DNA of 64,000 nucleotides from Mobula hypostoma. Its lineage: Eukaryota. The position numbers were made by a program, and so were the translations under genes. Positions 47,320 through 60,032 of the stretch are shown piece by piece (within the stretch, counting starts at the first letter, position 1; every line of letters starts with the position of its first letter). The stretch lies in contig NC_086108.1 in assembly GCF_963921235.1 (NCBI RefSeq), positions 17,422,001-17,486,000 of the forward strand, given 5' to 3'. Below the pieces are notes generated by a model that worked only from the letters and a program-made list of their open reading frames with translations, was not told where the DNA came from and searched no databases.

Positions 47320-50300
47320 ACAAAGTAGTGTGGTGTGCAGATTTCAATGCTCATAGCACAATATGGGGGGATCAGATTACAGATCCAAATGGAAAGGTAA
47401 TTGAAGATTTGATGGAAGAAAGGGATTTGGTGTGTATGAATGATGCTAGCGGCACAAGGATAGATATAACAACAGGAACCGAGTCAGTGTTAGATATTAC
47501 GTTAGTGTCTAATACCTTGGCTGGCATTAGTAACTGGGGAGTTTGGACTACTTCAACAGTAGGCAGTGATCACTACCCAGTTTTGTGTTCAGTGGGTGAA
47601 AGAGTTGAAGTAAGACCAGGTGGCGGAACCCCAAAGTGGGTGTTTGAAAAAGCTGACTGGGGTAAGTTCCAGAAGTTGAGTGAAGAAGGGTTGACAAAGA
47701 TTGATATTTCTGGAAATGTAGATGAATTAAACAGTCAGGTGACTTCAGCAATTATCATGGCAGCAGAAGGATCTATACCTAGGAGTAAAAATAGGATGAA
47801 TAGAAAACTGGTACCATGGTGGACAGAGGAATGTTGTCAGGCTGTAAAAAACAGAAATAGAGCATTCAGGCTAGTTAAAAGAACCCATAATATGCAGCAT
47901 TTGGTTCAATATAAGAAAGCACAGGCAGTGGTGAGAAGAACTATATGTCAAGCTAAAAGGGCAAGTTGGAGGAGTTTTTGCGACAAGGTAGGAAGAACAA
48001 CACCTGTGGGAGAGATATGGGGAATGATTAAGAGGATGGGAGGAGATAGAAGGGAATGGGAATATCCAGTAATGATATCTGAGGAGGAAACTGCAGTCTC
48101 CAGTAGGGATAAGGCTGAGGTCATGGCCAAGTCATTTGTACTGATACACAGTTCAGAAAATTTGTCTGAAGAAGGGAGAAGAAGAAGGGAAAGAATAATG
48201 AGCCAACACCCAGGTGTGTTAAGCAGGAGGGAAGGAACAGATGATATAATTGATGATCCATTTACATTAGCAGAAATGGTGAGAGCAATGAAGAGATCGA
48301 GACCAACCTCCCCAGGGAAAGATCTGATATGCTCTGTGATCCTAAAAAATCTAGGAGAAGGAGCGCTCTTGAAGTTGCTGCATTTTTATAACAGAGTGTG
48401 GGAGGAGGGAAGATTACCAAGTGCATGGAAAGAAGCAGTAGTAATTCCAATAAGGAAGCCTGGCAAGGATCTGTCAAAACCCACTAGCTACAGACCAATT
48501 GCATTAACATCAAGTATATGAAAGGATGATAACAGAAAGGTTATCATATGAGCTTGAGAAAAGGGGAATGCTGGCAAGTTATCAGAGTGGTTTTAGAAAG
48601 GGAAGGAATTCCATGGACTCAGTGATTATGTTAGAGACTGAAATAAGGAAGGCCCAGGCAAATAGAGAGTCAGTAGTGGCAGTGTTCTTTGACATTGAAA
48701 AAGCCTATGATATGATGTGGAAGGAAGGATTATTAATTAAACTGCACAAGATGGGGGTTGGTGGGAGAGTTTTTAATTGGATTAAAGATTTTTTGTTTGG
48801 TAGAAAAATTCAAGTTCGAATTGGATCAGAATTATCAAAACAGTACATAGTGGAAAATGGCACCCCTCAAGGTAGTGTGATTAGCCCATTACTTTTCATG
48901 ATTATGATCAATGATGTCTTCACAAAGGTACCAGTGGATATAGGTAGGTCACTGTTTGCGGATGATGGGGCCTTGTGGAAAAGAGGCAGGAACATGGACC
49001 ATATAATCAGAAAACTACAAGAAGCAATTGATGAAGTGGTGGAGTGGGGTTATGATTGGGGATGTAGATTTTCAGTAGACAAAACTCAAACTGTATTTTT
49101 TACCAGGAAAAGGGTTGAGGTAGGGAAGAAGTTAAGGATGTATGGGGTTGAATTAGAAAGGGTTGCATCATTTAAATTTCTTGGGAGTTATATTTGGTTC
49201 ACGATTAACATGGGCAGACCATATCAGGAAAGTTGAGGAGAAATGTAAAAAAGTAATAAATGTGATGAGATGTTTGACTGGTAGGGAATGGGGAGCAAGT
49301 TGTTCAGCTTTGAAGAGAATGTATGTGGCTTTAGTACGATCTGTATTGGATTATGGAAATATAGTATATGGATCAGCAGCTAGGTCTCTTATAAGGAAAC
49401 TGGATGTGATTCAGGCTCAGGCCTTGAGAGTGTGCAGTGGGGCTTTTAAAACGTCACCAGTGTCAGCCCTACAGGTAGAAATGGGAATAATGCCTTTAGA
49501 ACTAAGAAGGATGCAACTGATGGCAAACTACTGGGCTAACTTGCAGGGGCACAATGATTCTCACCCTACTAAAGGAGTGTTTCAGGAGCGCTGGGAAAAT
49601 GGGAGGTTTCAGAGGGGATACCTTTAGTCGGGTAGGGAATGATATCGCGAAAGAATGTGTATTTGATCTGAGGATAAGTCCTTCAGTAGTTTATCCGGTT
49701 GTAGCTCCATGGAAGCTTGTATGGCCTGACATAGACTGGCATTTGTTAGAGGTAAAAAGGAAAGGAAGATATAAAACAGATTTGGTAAATGCATTTAACT
49801 GTCATGTGATGGAAAAGTATAGTGATTATACTCACATTTATACGGATGGTGCGAAGGAACCTGAAACAGGAGTGACAGGGTTTGGGGTGGTTATACCAGC
49901 AAAAGAAATTGGAATCAGCAGAAGAACATCTAATAAGTTAGGGGTGTTTACAGTGGAGATGCTGGCAGTGTTGGTTGCGTTGCAATGGGTGCGGAAAGCC
50001 AGACAAGCCAAAGCATTTATATGTTCAGATTCATCCTCAGTTCTACCAAGTTTAAGGTCTTTTCACACAAACAGTCGGCAAGATGTACTTTATGAAGTCC
50101 TTCAGTTAGTTACAAGAATTGCAAATCAGGGAGGTCAGGTAAAATTTCTATGGGTTCCAGCACATGTAGGGGTGAAGGGGAATGAGAGGGTGGATGAGTT
50201 GGCAAAGAGGACGTTAAAGAAAGAAAATGTGGAAATGCACATTAGTATCAGTAAAGCAGAGGTTAAGTGTGTAATCTGGGAAAAAGTCAACCGAATGTGG

Positions 50301-50877
50301 CAAGAAAGATGGGACAGGGAGGGGAAAGGGAGGCATTTATATCAAATACAAAAGAGTGTTGCAGTTACTAGGGTAGGTAATGGAAACAGAAGAGAGGAAA
50401 TTGTGTGGACTAGGTTAAGGCTGGGGCATTGTGCATTAAACAAAACATTGAAAATGATAGGGAAACACCAGACAGGATTGTGTGAGGAATGTCAGGAAGA
50501 GGAGTCAGTAGAACATGTAGTTTTGTGTTGCAGGAAGTATGGGATACAGAGAGAGATGATGAGAAATAAATTAAGGGAGTTGGGGATGCAGGAATTCACA
50601 TTAAAAGGGTTGCTGGGCATGGGTGAGAGAGCACAAGTCCGGGTATTTTTAGCGTTTTTAAGGGGTACAGGGGTTTTTTATAGAATATGACGAATAAACA
50701 GGAATAGGATACTAGGATGGTCAAAGATGGGAGGGTGAAGTGTAGGTTTGTGTGTGTGTGTGATTGGGTGAAGGGATTTAGAATATATGTCTAGTGCACA
50801 TTCTGGAGCAGAGGGTGGCGGTAATGCACCATTAAGCTGGATGCAAACCGCCGTAAAACAAGATACAGACAGACAGA
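47320..50877 (+). mobile_element. Nimb/I-clade LINE copy 2: near-complete ORF2 (APE C-terminus, RT, RNase H, CCHC), frameshifted
   Basis: Motifs ADFNAH, LDITL, SDH, YRPIAL, LFADD, IYTDG, WVPAHVG and CEEC..ESVEHVVLCC. (GACA)n-type tail. Confidence 0.92.
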
Positions 50878-52509
50878 TTTTCAGCACCTGCAGCATTTTG
50901 CAGCCACATCGTTAATCTGATTTAACTATGATAAGTATCAATAAAATAAAATTAGGTGTAAATGTAAACAGATTCAGTGATAAATCTTCCATAAACTGTG
51001 CTCCATTACGGTATAATTATCATAGAACAACACCCAGTGGAATCCAATGTTAAATTCTTCCCTTTCAGCATGGTCATGCCACAGTCATAGTTATGGACTA
51101 TACAGAAACAGGCCATTCAGCCCAGCACATCCATGCCAACCTTTTTGCCCACAGACACTAATCTTATTTGCCCACATTAGGTTTGTGTCTTTCTATGCCT
51201 TGCCCAAATGTCTCTGGCAGTGCATTCCAGACATCAACCACACTCTTTGTAAAAATAAGCTTCCCCTCAAATTCCCTTTAAAGCTCCTCTCACCATAAAC
51301 CTGTGCCCTTTTAAAAACATAGTTTTTATAAGTCCTACCTTGGGGAAAATGATTCTGACCATTATCTGTGCCTCAATCAGGTGACAACGGTATCAGCCTA
51401 TCCTATCTTTCCCCATAGCTAAAGTTCACTCTTTCAAGCATATCCTGGTGAACGTCCTCTGAATCCTCTCCAGTGCAACTGCACCCTTCGTATGGTGTGG
51501 TAATCAGAGCTGCATGAAAGACTCCAAGTATAGCATAACTTGGTGTTTTGTAAAGTTACAACATTAAGACCCAACATTTAAATTCCGTGCCACAACCAAT
51601 GAAGGCAAGCATGCCAAATGACTTCTTCACCACCCTAACAGCCTACCTGCCACTTGTCACCCTCCTGTAAGTAGTATGGTCAAAATGTACAGGGGATTGA
51701 CATAATGTTAACACTGAACATTAAGAACCCAAATCCAGTTAGAACAAAAATTATCACAAAAATTGTGTGTAATTTATGTTTAATTTCTACTTTTTTTATA
51801 AATGCTGCTTAAATGATGCTATGTATCTGTGATGCTGCATCTGCACACTAATATATAACTTTATATGACAAAATAAACTCAACTTTGACTTTGATCTTCC
51901 TGTTAATCAGATGTATTTTTACACCTAATTGATTAGGTGACATAGTAGAGCAGCAGGTAATGCTGTTGCCTCACCGCTTCAGGAACACAGGTTTGACCGC
52001 AACCTTGGCTGCAGTCTGTGTAGAATTTGCATGTGCCTGCATTCTTGTTTCCTCCCACACCCCAAGTATGTGATTCTTGATAGGTCCCTGTGAGCTGTCC
52101 CTGGCGTGTTGGTAGGCAGTAGAATATGGAGGGAGAAGAAAATGAGATTGGGAGACACAACAGAGACTACATATATTAGAAAAGTGGAGCAACACAAAAA
52201 TGCTGGAGTAACTCAGTGTGTCATGGTGCATCTATGATGGGAAATGGACAGTCGCTGTTTCAGGTTGAAACTTTTCTTCAGGACTAAGTTATGATTCAGG
52301 ACAGACCTGTAGCATCGACTGTCCATTTCCGTCCAGAGATGCTGCCTGACCGGTTGAGTACAATTAGTGTGAGCACAGACTCAGTAGGCTGAATGGCCTG
52401 TTTCCCATCTGTATGGCTCAATGACTGTCACACCTTAAACACCTCAGTACAATCACCCATTAATCTAAACTGAATCAAACCCACTTATCAGCAACATTTA
52501 ACCCTTTCA

Positions 52510-52814
52510 TGTTGGCACGTGGCCAAGTGGTTAAGGCGTTGGTCCAGTGATCTGAAGGTTGCTAGTTCGAGCCTCAGCTGAGGCAGCGTGTTGTGTCCTT
52601 GAGCAAGGCACTTAACCACACATAGCTCTGTGACAACACCGGTGCCAAGCTGTATCGGCCCTAGTGCCCTTCCCTTGGACAACATCGGTGGCTTGGAGAG
52701 GGGAGACTTGCAGCATGGGCAACTGCCAGTCTTCCATACAACCTTGCCCAGGCCTGTGCCCTGGAAACCTTCCAAGGCGCAAATCCATGGTCTCACGAGA
52801 CTAATGGATGCCTA
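52510..52814 (+). mobile_element. tRNA-derived SINE with CORE-like centre and probable RTE-type tail
   Basis: A box TGGCCAAGTGG, B-box-like AGTTCGAGCC and the block GTGTCCTTGAGCAAGGCACTTAAC. 11-bp TSD TAACCCTTTCA at 52499-52509 and 52815-52825. Confidence 0.85.
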
Positions 52815-52849
52815 TAACCCTTTCAAACCTGGTAAGAATTATGGAAGTG

Positions 52850-53560
52850 TCCTACTTTGCCTCTGGTTAGATGCTTTGCTCTGCCCCGGGTCAGGTGCTC
52901 CGTTCTGCCTTTGGTCAGGTGTTCCGTTCTACCCCTGGTCAGGTGCTGTGTTCTGCCCCTGGTCAGGTGCTGTGTTCTGCCCCTGGTCAGGTGCTGTGTT
53001 CTGCCCCTGGTCAGGTGCTCTGTTCTGCCCCTGGTCAGGTGTTCCGTTCTGCCCCTGGTCAGGTGCTCCGTTCTGCCTTTGGTCAGGTGTTCCGTTCTGC
53101 CCCTGGTCAGGTGCTGTGTTCTGCCCCTGGTCAGGTGCTGTGTTCTGCCCCTGGTCAGGTGCTCTGTTCTGCCCCTGGTCAGGTGTTCCGTTCTGCCCCT
53201 GGTCAGGTGCTCTGTTCTGCCCCTGGTCAGGTGTTCCGTTCTGCCCCTGGTCAGGTGCTCCGTTCTGCCTTTGGTCAGGTGTTCTGTTCTGCCCCTGGTC
53301 AGGTGCTCTGTTCTGCCCCTGGTCAGGTGTTCCGTTCTGCCCCTGGTCAGGTGTTCCGTTCTGCCCCTGGTCAGGTGTTCCGTTCTGCCCCTGGTCAGGT
53401 GCTCTGTTCTGCCCCTAGTCAGGTGTTCCGTTCTGCCCCTGGTCAGGTGCTCTGTTCTGCCCCTGGTCAGGTGCTCCGTTCTGCCCCTGGTCAGGTGTTC
53501 CGTTCTGCTACTGGTTGGGTGCTCTGCTCTGCCTTTGGTTGGGTGATCTGCTCTGCCTCT
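52850..53560. repeat. 24-bp minisatellite (TTCTGCCCCTGGTCAGGTGYTSYG), about 29 units
   Basis: Read directly from the sequence. 8-aa periodic ORFs appear in several frames. Confidence 0.95.
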
Positions 53561-54425
53561 GAATGGCTGCTCCAATCCTGCTCCATCATTGACAAAATAA
53601 GAATGAGAGCCCTAACCTTTCTTTAGTCCAACTTCACAAAGAATTAAACCTGTGCACTTCAATCTGAGAGAGAAAGTGGGAACAGGGGGAGAGAATGTGG
53701 TCAGTTGCTACAGAATCCGGAGCCCTTCCTGATGATAATGAATTGGTTTCCGAATGTTGTGCTGAGCTATATTGTGAAATTGACTTCCAATTATAAACAC
53801 AAAGAAAACATATTTGCAGGCATTTGAATTTCAGTGATGAAGATCTGTGGGAGCTCTTGTTGTAATGCCTAAATTTGCCAATTATTTTCCTATCAAATAA
53901 TTCCTGAAACTGAGCATAGCCCACACAATGGCAAAGAGCAGAGCACTATCTAATTTGCTCTATTACCAGGCACAGCAGGGCACTCTTCATCTCAGAATTA
54001 AGTGGCTATTTCACGTAAGACTAGTCCAACTAAATTGTAGGGTAGGGTTTCTCTCTGTTTTAATCCCAGTTCCTGACAGTGATAAGACTCTAGTAAGTGG
54101 GCCAGGGCTCAGAGCTTTTCCCCATACCCTGGTACCATTCCTGTCCTGATCATCATTTCAATCTTGGAGGTATCTGTATACAGGAACACTCACTTCAGCA
54201 CATGAGGGAATCCTCAACTGGTGAGACTAGCACATCCCCTCTCAACAGGCATGGGGACATGAGACACACATAGCAGAAGCAGCTGAGGGGAACACCCAGC
54301 AGGGAGAACTCCGATGGGGACACGATTGCAGACAAGCATGCACACAGAGCCATGCAGACATGGAGACAGTGGCAGGGAATATGTGTGATACTTCTCCGGT
54401 GTTTGGTTGCTTCTGCTATCCTGAT

Positions 54426-57400
54426 ATAAGACCATAAGACCACAAGACAAAGGAGCAGAATTCAGTCATTCGGCCCATCGAGTCTGCTCCACCATTTTAT
54501 CATGAGCTGATCCTTTCTCCTATTTAGTCCCACTCCTCCAACTTCTCACCATAACCTTTGATGCCCTGGCTACTCAGATACCTATCAATGTCTGCCTTAA
54601 ATACACCTAATGACTTGACCTCCACTGCCGCCCATGGCAACGAATTCCACAGATTCACCACCCTCTGGCTAAAAAAATTTCTTCGCATCTTTGTTCTAAA
54701 TGGGCGCCCTTCAATCCTTAAGTCATGCCCTCCCGTACGAGACTCCCCCACCATGGGAAACAACTTTGCCACATCCACTCTGCCCATGCCTTTCAACATT
54801 CGAAATGTTTCTATGAGATCCCCCCCATCCAAGGAGTACAGTCCAAGAGCGGTCAAACGTTCCTCATATGGTAACCCTCTCATTCCCGGAATCATTCTAG
54901 TGAATCTTCTCTGAACCCTCTCCAACGTTAGCACATCCTTTCATAAATAAGGAGCCCAAAACTGCACACAGTACGCCAATTGAGGCCTTATAGAGCCTCA
55001 ACATCACATCCCTGCTCCTATACTCTAGAAATAAATGCCAACATTGCATTTGCCTTCTTCACCACCGACTCAACCTGGAGGTTAACCTTGAGGGTATCCT
55101 GCATGAGGACTCCCAAGTCCCATTTCATCTCAGAACTTTGAATTCTCTCCCCATTTAAATAATAGCCTGCCCGTTTATTTCTTCTACCAAAGTGCATAAC
55201 CATACACTTTCCAACATTGTATTTCATTTGCCACTTCTTTGCCCATTCTCCCAACCTATCCAAGTTTCTCTGAAGACTCTCTGTTTCCTCAGCACTACCG
55301 GCCCCTCCACCTATCTTTGTATCATCAGCAAACTTAGCCACAAAGCCATCTATTCCATAATCCAAATTGTTGATGTATAATGTAAAAAGAAGCGGCCCCA
55401 ACATGGACCCCTGTGGAACACCACTGGTAACTGGCAGCCAACCAGAATTGGATCTCTTTATTCCCACTCTCTGTTTCCTGCCAATCAGCCAACGCTCTAT
55501 CCACATATGCAACTTTCCCATAATTCCATGGGCTCTTATCTTGTTAAGCTGCCTCATGTGTGGCACCTTGTCAAAGGCCTTCTGGAAATCCAAATGCACA
55601 ACATCCACTGCATCTCCCTTGTCTAATTTCCTCAAAAAATTGCAATAGGTTCGTCAGGCAGGATTTTCCTTTAAGGAATCCATGCTGAGTTCTGCCTATC
55701 CTGTCATATGCCTCCAGGTACTCTGTAACTTCATCCTTGACAATCGACTCCAACAACTTCCCAACCACCGATGTCAAGCTAACAGGTCCATAATTTCCTT
55801 TTTGCTTCCTTGCCCCCTTCTTAAATAGCGGAATGACATTTGCAATCTTCTAGTCTTCCAGAACCATGCCAGAATCTATTGACTTTTGAAAGATCATTGC
55901 TAATGCCTCTGCATTCTCCACAGCTACTTCCTTCAGAACACGAGGGTGCATTTCATCTGGTCTGGGAGATTTATCTACCCTTAGACTATTCAGCTTCCTG
56001 AGTACTTTCTCTGTCGCAATGTGACTGCACACTTCTCTTCCCTGACATCCTTGAGTGTCTGGTATACTGCTGATGTCTTCCTCGGTGAAGACTAATGCAA
56101 AATACTTGTTTAGTTCCTCCGCCATCTCCTTATCTCCCATTACAATTTCTCCAGCATCATTTTCTATCAGTCCTATATCTACCCTCACCTGTCTTTTACT
56201 CTTTATATACTTGAAAAAGCTTTTAATATCCTCTTTGATATTATTTGCCAGCTTCCTTTCATAGTTCATCTTTCCCCTCTTAATGACCTTCTTAGTTTCC
56301 TTTCGTAAGCTTTTAAAAACTTCCCAATCCTCTGTCTTTCCACTAATTTTTGCTTCCTTGTATGTCCTCTCCTTTGCTTTAACTTTGGCTTTGACTTTTC
56401 TTGTCTGCCACAGTTGCATCCTTTTTCCATTTGAAAATTTCTTCTTTTTTGGAATATATCTGTTTTGCACCTTCCTCACTTCTCGCATAAACTCCAGCCA
56501 CTGCTGCTCTGCCGTCCTTCCCGCTAGTGTCCCTTTCCAGTCAACTTTGGCCTGTTCCTCTCTCATGCCACTGTAATTTCCTTTACTCCACTGAAATACC
56601 GATACATTGGATTTCAACTTCTCTTTCTCAAATTTTACAGTGATCTCAATCATGTTATGATCACTGCCTCCTAAGGGTTCCTTCACCTCAATCTCTCTAA
56701 TCACCTCTGGTTCATTACACAATACTCAATCCAGTACAGCCGATCCCCTAGTGGGCTCAACAACAAGCTGTTCTAAAAAGCCATCTCGTAGACACTCTAC
56801 AAATTCTCTCTCTTGAGATCCAGTGCTGACCTGATTTTCCCAATCCACTTGCAAGTTAAAATCCCCCACAATTATCATAACACTTCCTTTCTGACAAGCT
56901 TTTTCTATTTCCTGTTGTAATTTGTAGTCCACATCACTGCAGCCGTTAGGAAAACTGCCATCAGGGTCCTTTTACCCCTGCGATTTCTTAGCTCGACCCA
57001 TAAAGATTCTGCACCTTCCGATCCTATGTCACCTTTTTCTAATGATTTAATATCATTTCTTACCAATAAGGCCACACCACCCCTTCTGCCTACCTGCCTA
57101 TCCTTCCGATACACCATGTATCCTTGGATGTTCAGCTCCCAGAGACATGCATCCTTTAGCCATGTCTCAGTGATGGCCACAATATCGTACCTGCCAATCT
57201 GTAGCTGTACGACATGATCATCCACCTTATTCCTTATGCTGCGTGCATTTAAGTATAACACCTTCAGTCCAGTATTTCGTACTTTTTGCTTCGATTGCAC
57301 TGCAACTTTATTGCACTGCAACTCATCCTAATGGCTGTGAATTTGCCCCATCACCTGCCTGTCCTTCCTGACATCTTTACTGCTCACTATCTTAGATTTA

Positions 57401-58236
57401 TTTATATTTTCTCCCTCCTCTGCTCTATCATTCCGGTTCCCATCCCCCTGCCAACTTAGTTTAAACCTTCCCTAACAGCTCTTTTAAACCTTCCCGCCAG
57501 GATATTGGTCCCCTTAGGGTTCAGGTGTAACCTGTCCTTTTTGAGCAGGTCATACTTCCCCCAGAAGAGATCCCAATGATCCAAGAATCTGAAGCCCTGC
57601 CCCCGCACCAGTCTCTCAGCCACGCATTCATCTGCCTGATCCTACTATTCTTGCCCTCGCTAGCACGTGGCATAGGTAGCAATCCTGACATTACTATCCT
57701 GGAGGTCCTGTTTCTCAGCTTCCTTCTTAACTCACGGAAATCTCTCTTCAGGACCTCCTCCCTTTTCCTATCTATCTCATTGGTACCAACATGTACCAAG
57801 ACAGCTGGCTGCTCACCCTCTCCCTTCAGAATATTCTGGACCCCATCCGAGACATCCCGTACCCTGGCACCCGAGAGACAACACACCATGCAGGTATTTC
57901 TATCAGGCTCACAGAATCTCCTGTCTGTTCCCCTGACTATGGAATCCCCTATAACCACTGCATTCCTCTTCTCCCTCCTTCCCTCCTGCACAACAGCGCC
58001 AGGCTCAGTGCCAGAGATCTGGTCACCCTGGCCATCCCCTGTCAGGTCATCCCCCTCAACAGCATCCAAAACAAGATACTTGTTGCTCAGCGGGGGTAGC
58101 CGCAGGGGTACTCTCCACTATCCGGGCATTTTCCATCCCTCTCCTGACAGTCACCCAGTTTTCTGACCCCTGTAGCCTAGGGATGACTACCTCCCTGTAG
58201 CTCCTGTCCATCATCTCTTCGCTTTCTCTAATAAGC
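54426..58236 (-). mobile_element. Near-full-length CR1 with SGNH-esterase ORF1 and disrupted APE-RT ORF2
   Basis: ORF1 has VVIGDSIVRG and VHVGTN. ORF2 has YLNARSIRNK, GDFN, SDH and AKFADDTK. (TCTTATGG)n tail. Confidence 0.93.
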
Positions 58237-60032
58237 ATTTTTATACATTTTTAACACAAACCAGCTCAGCATATGAACCCCTTGGTCCCCATAGTCAACA
58301 TCAACTGTCATGAACAGTAAAAAAAATCAGAATGCAAGCCTGTGGAGCCCCTTGAGTCTGACAACTCGGAGATCAGAAAACACTGTAAATATTCAGCAAG
58401 TGAGGCAGCATCTTTGGAGGGAAAAATGTTACACATTGACCTTTTATCAAAAATGGAAAATGTTTGAAATCCACTATTTTTCTAGTTGATTTGTCCCCAC
58501 TGATGCTTCCCTTCCTGCTGGGTATTTCAAGCATTATCTTGTTTTATTTCCAAATTTAAAGCATCTGCAGATCTTTCCCCCAAATGTTCCTAGCTGGTCC
58601 CGAACTTTCCGAACCTTTACCTATATTCCCAAGATGTCCAACAGTTTATTGATCTCACATCCAATGACTGAACATTGCCCTCTGTCAGAGATGAAGACTT
58701 TCAGACTAACATCCCTCTGTGCACAAGGCTTTACCACAGGGCTGCCTGGTTTTATACCCTCTTCCACAGTGAGGTCATTCTTTCCAGGTCCAGAAGGTAC
58801 CACACCAAATTAGGAGGGTGGTTAATCATACTCGCCAACTGTAAGCAATGTCTATTGTTCATAGTACATAGAACAATACAGCACAGGAACAGGCCCTTCA
58901 GCCCACAATGCCTATCTATGCCAGTCATGATTACAATTCTAATTGCACACCTGCTGTATGTGGTCCATATACTCCATTCCCTCCCGGTTTATCTGTCTGT
59001 CTAAAAGCCTCTTAAACCTTGCTATGGTATCTGCTTCCACCACTTTCTCGGGCAGAGGTTTTAGGAATCTGCTAAATTTACCATGCATATCTCCTTTAAA
59101 CTTTCCCCTCTCACCTTAAATCTATGTCCTCCAGTACTTGACATTTCCATCTTGGAAAAAGATCCTATCTACTCTGTCTTTGTCTTTGTCTCTCATAATT
59201 TTATAAACTTCTGTCAGTTCTCCCTTTCTCTGACACTTCAAAGAAAACAATCCAAGTTTATCCACCTTCTACTTATAGCTAATAGACTGTAATCTATGCA
59301 ATATCCTGGTGCAGCTCCTTCTACCCTGTTCTGTTGGACACTAACGAGAAAATCCACAGACACTGGAAATCCAAGCAACAGTCACAAAATGCTGGAGGAA
59401 CTCAGCAGACCAGGCAGCATTTATGGAAAAAAGCACAGTTGACGTTTCAAGTTGAAATACTTCTCTCAGGGCAGGTAGTCAAAAAGAGGGGAAAGATGCT
59501 GCAGTTTACTTTGGGGAATCGGCAGTGGAAAGGGTCAGTAACTTTAAATTTCAATCGTTGACGTGTTGTGGGACCAGCACGCAGATGCAATCAGAAAGAA
59601 GCCATGCCATCTCTTAGAGGATTAAGGAGATCCAGCAGGGCAATGAACAGTCTAACAAACCTCCACAGATGTGCTGTTGAAAATGGTCTGATATGACAAT
59701 TCAAGTGCGCAGTAGCATTAGAAGCTGCAGATCATGGCTCATGGGCACTTCTCTCCTCACCATCACTAGCAATGACACCAAGAAAACAACATCTATCGTC
59801 AAAGATCCCCATGACCTAGACAGGATCTATCATCTGGCAGAAGATATAGAAGTCTGAAGTCTCACTCCACAAGGATCAGGAAGTTACTTACCTTTAACCA
59901 ACCAGTTGTTGAACTGACTTGCACAACCCTAATTACTACCTTGGAATAGCAAAACAATGACCATTTTGCACTACAATGTTCTAATTGTGTTCTTCCTTGA
60001 ATAATTTTGTATGCTTTATAGATAATTGGGCA

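Noticed and set aside
52511..52585. tRNA gene
   Set aside because: It is the head of a SINE: it continues into a body and tail bounded by a TSD, and the cloverleaf is incomplete.
52630..53626. 8-aa repeat ORFs or a possible CRISPR array
   Set aside because: Pure 24-bp tandem repeat with no unique spacers and no cas genes, in a eukaryotic context.
54214..54450. RXR hinge exon (peptide MPVER)
   Set aside because: Flanking residues do not match EERQR or ILEAELAVE, so the match is by chance.
57521..58069. Host SGNH/GDSL lipase gene
   Set aside because: It is CR1 ORF1, directly upstream of APE-RT in the same element.
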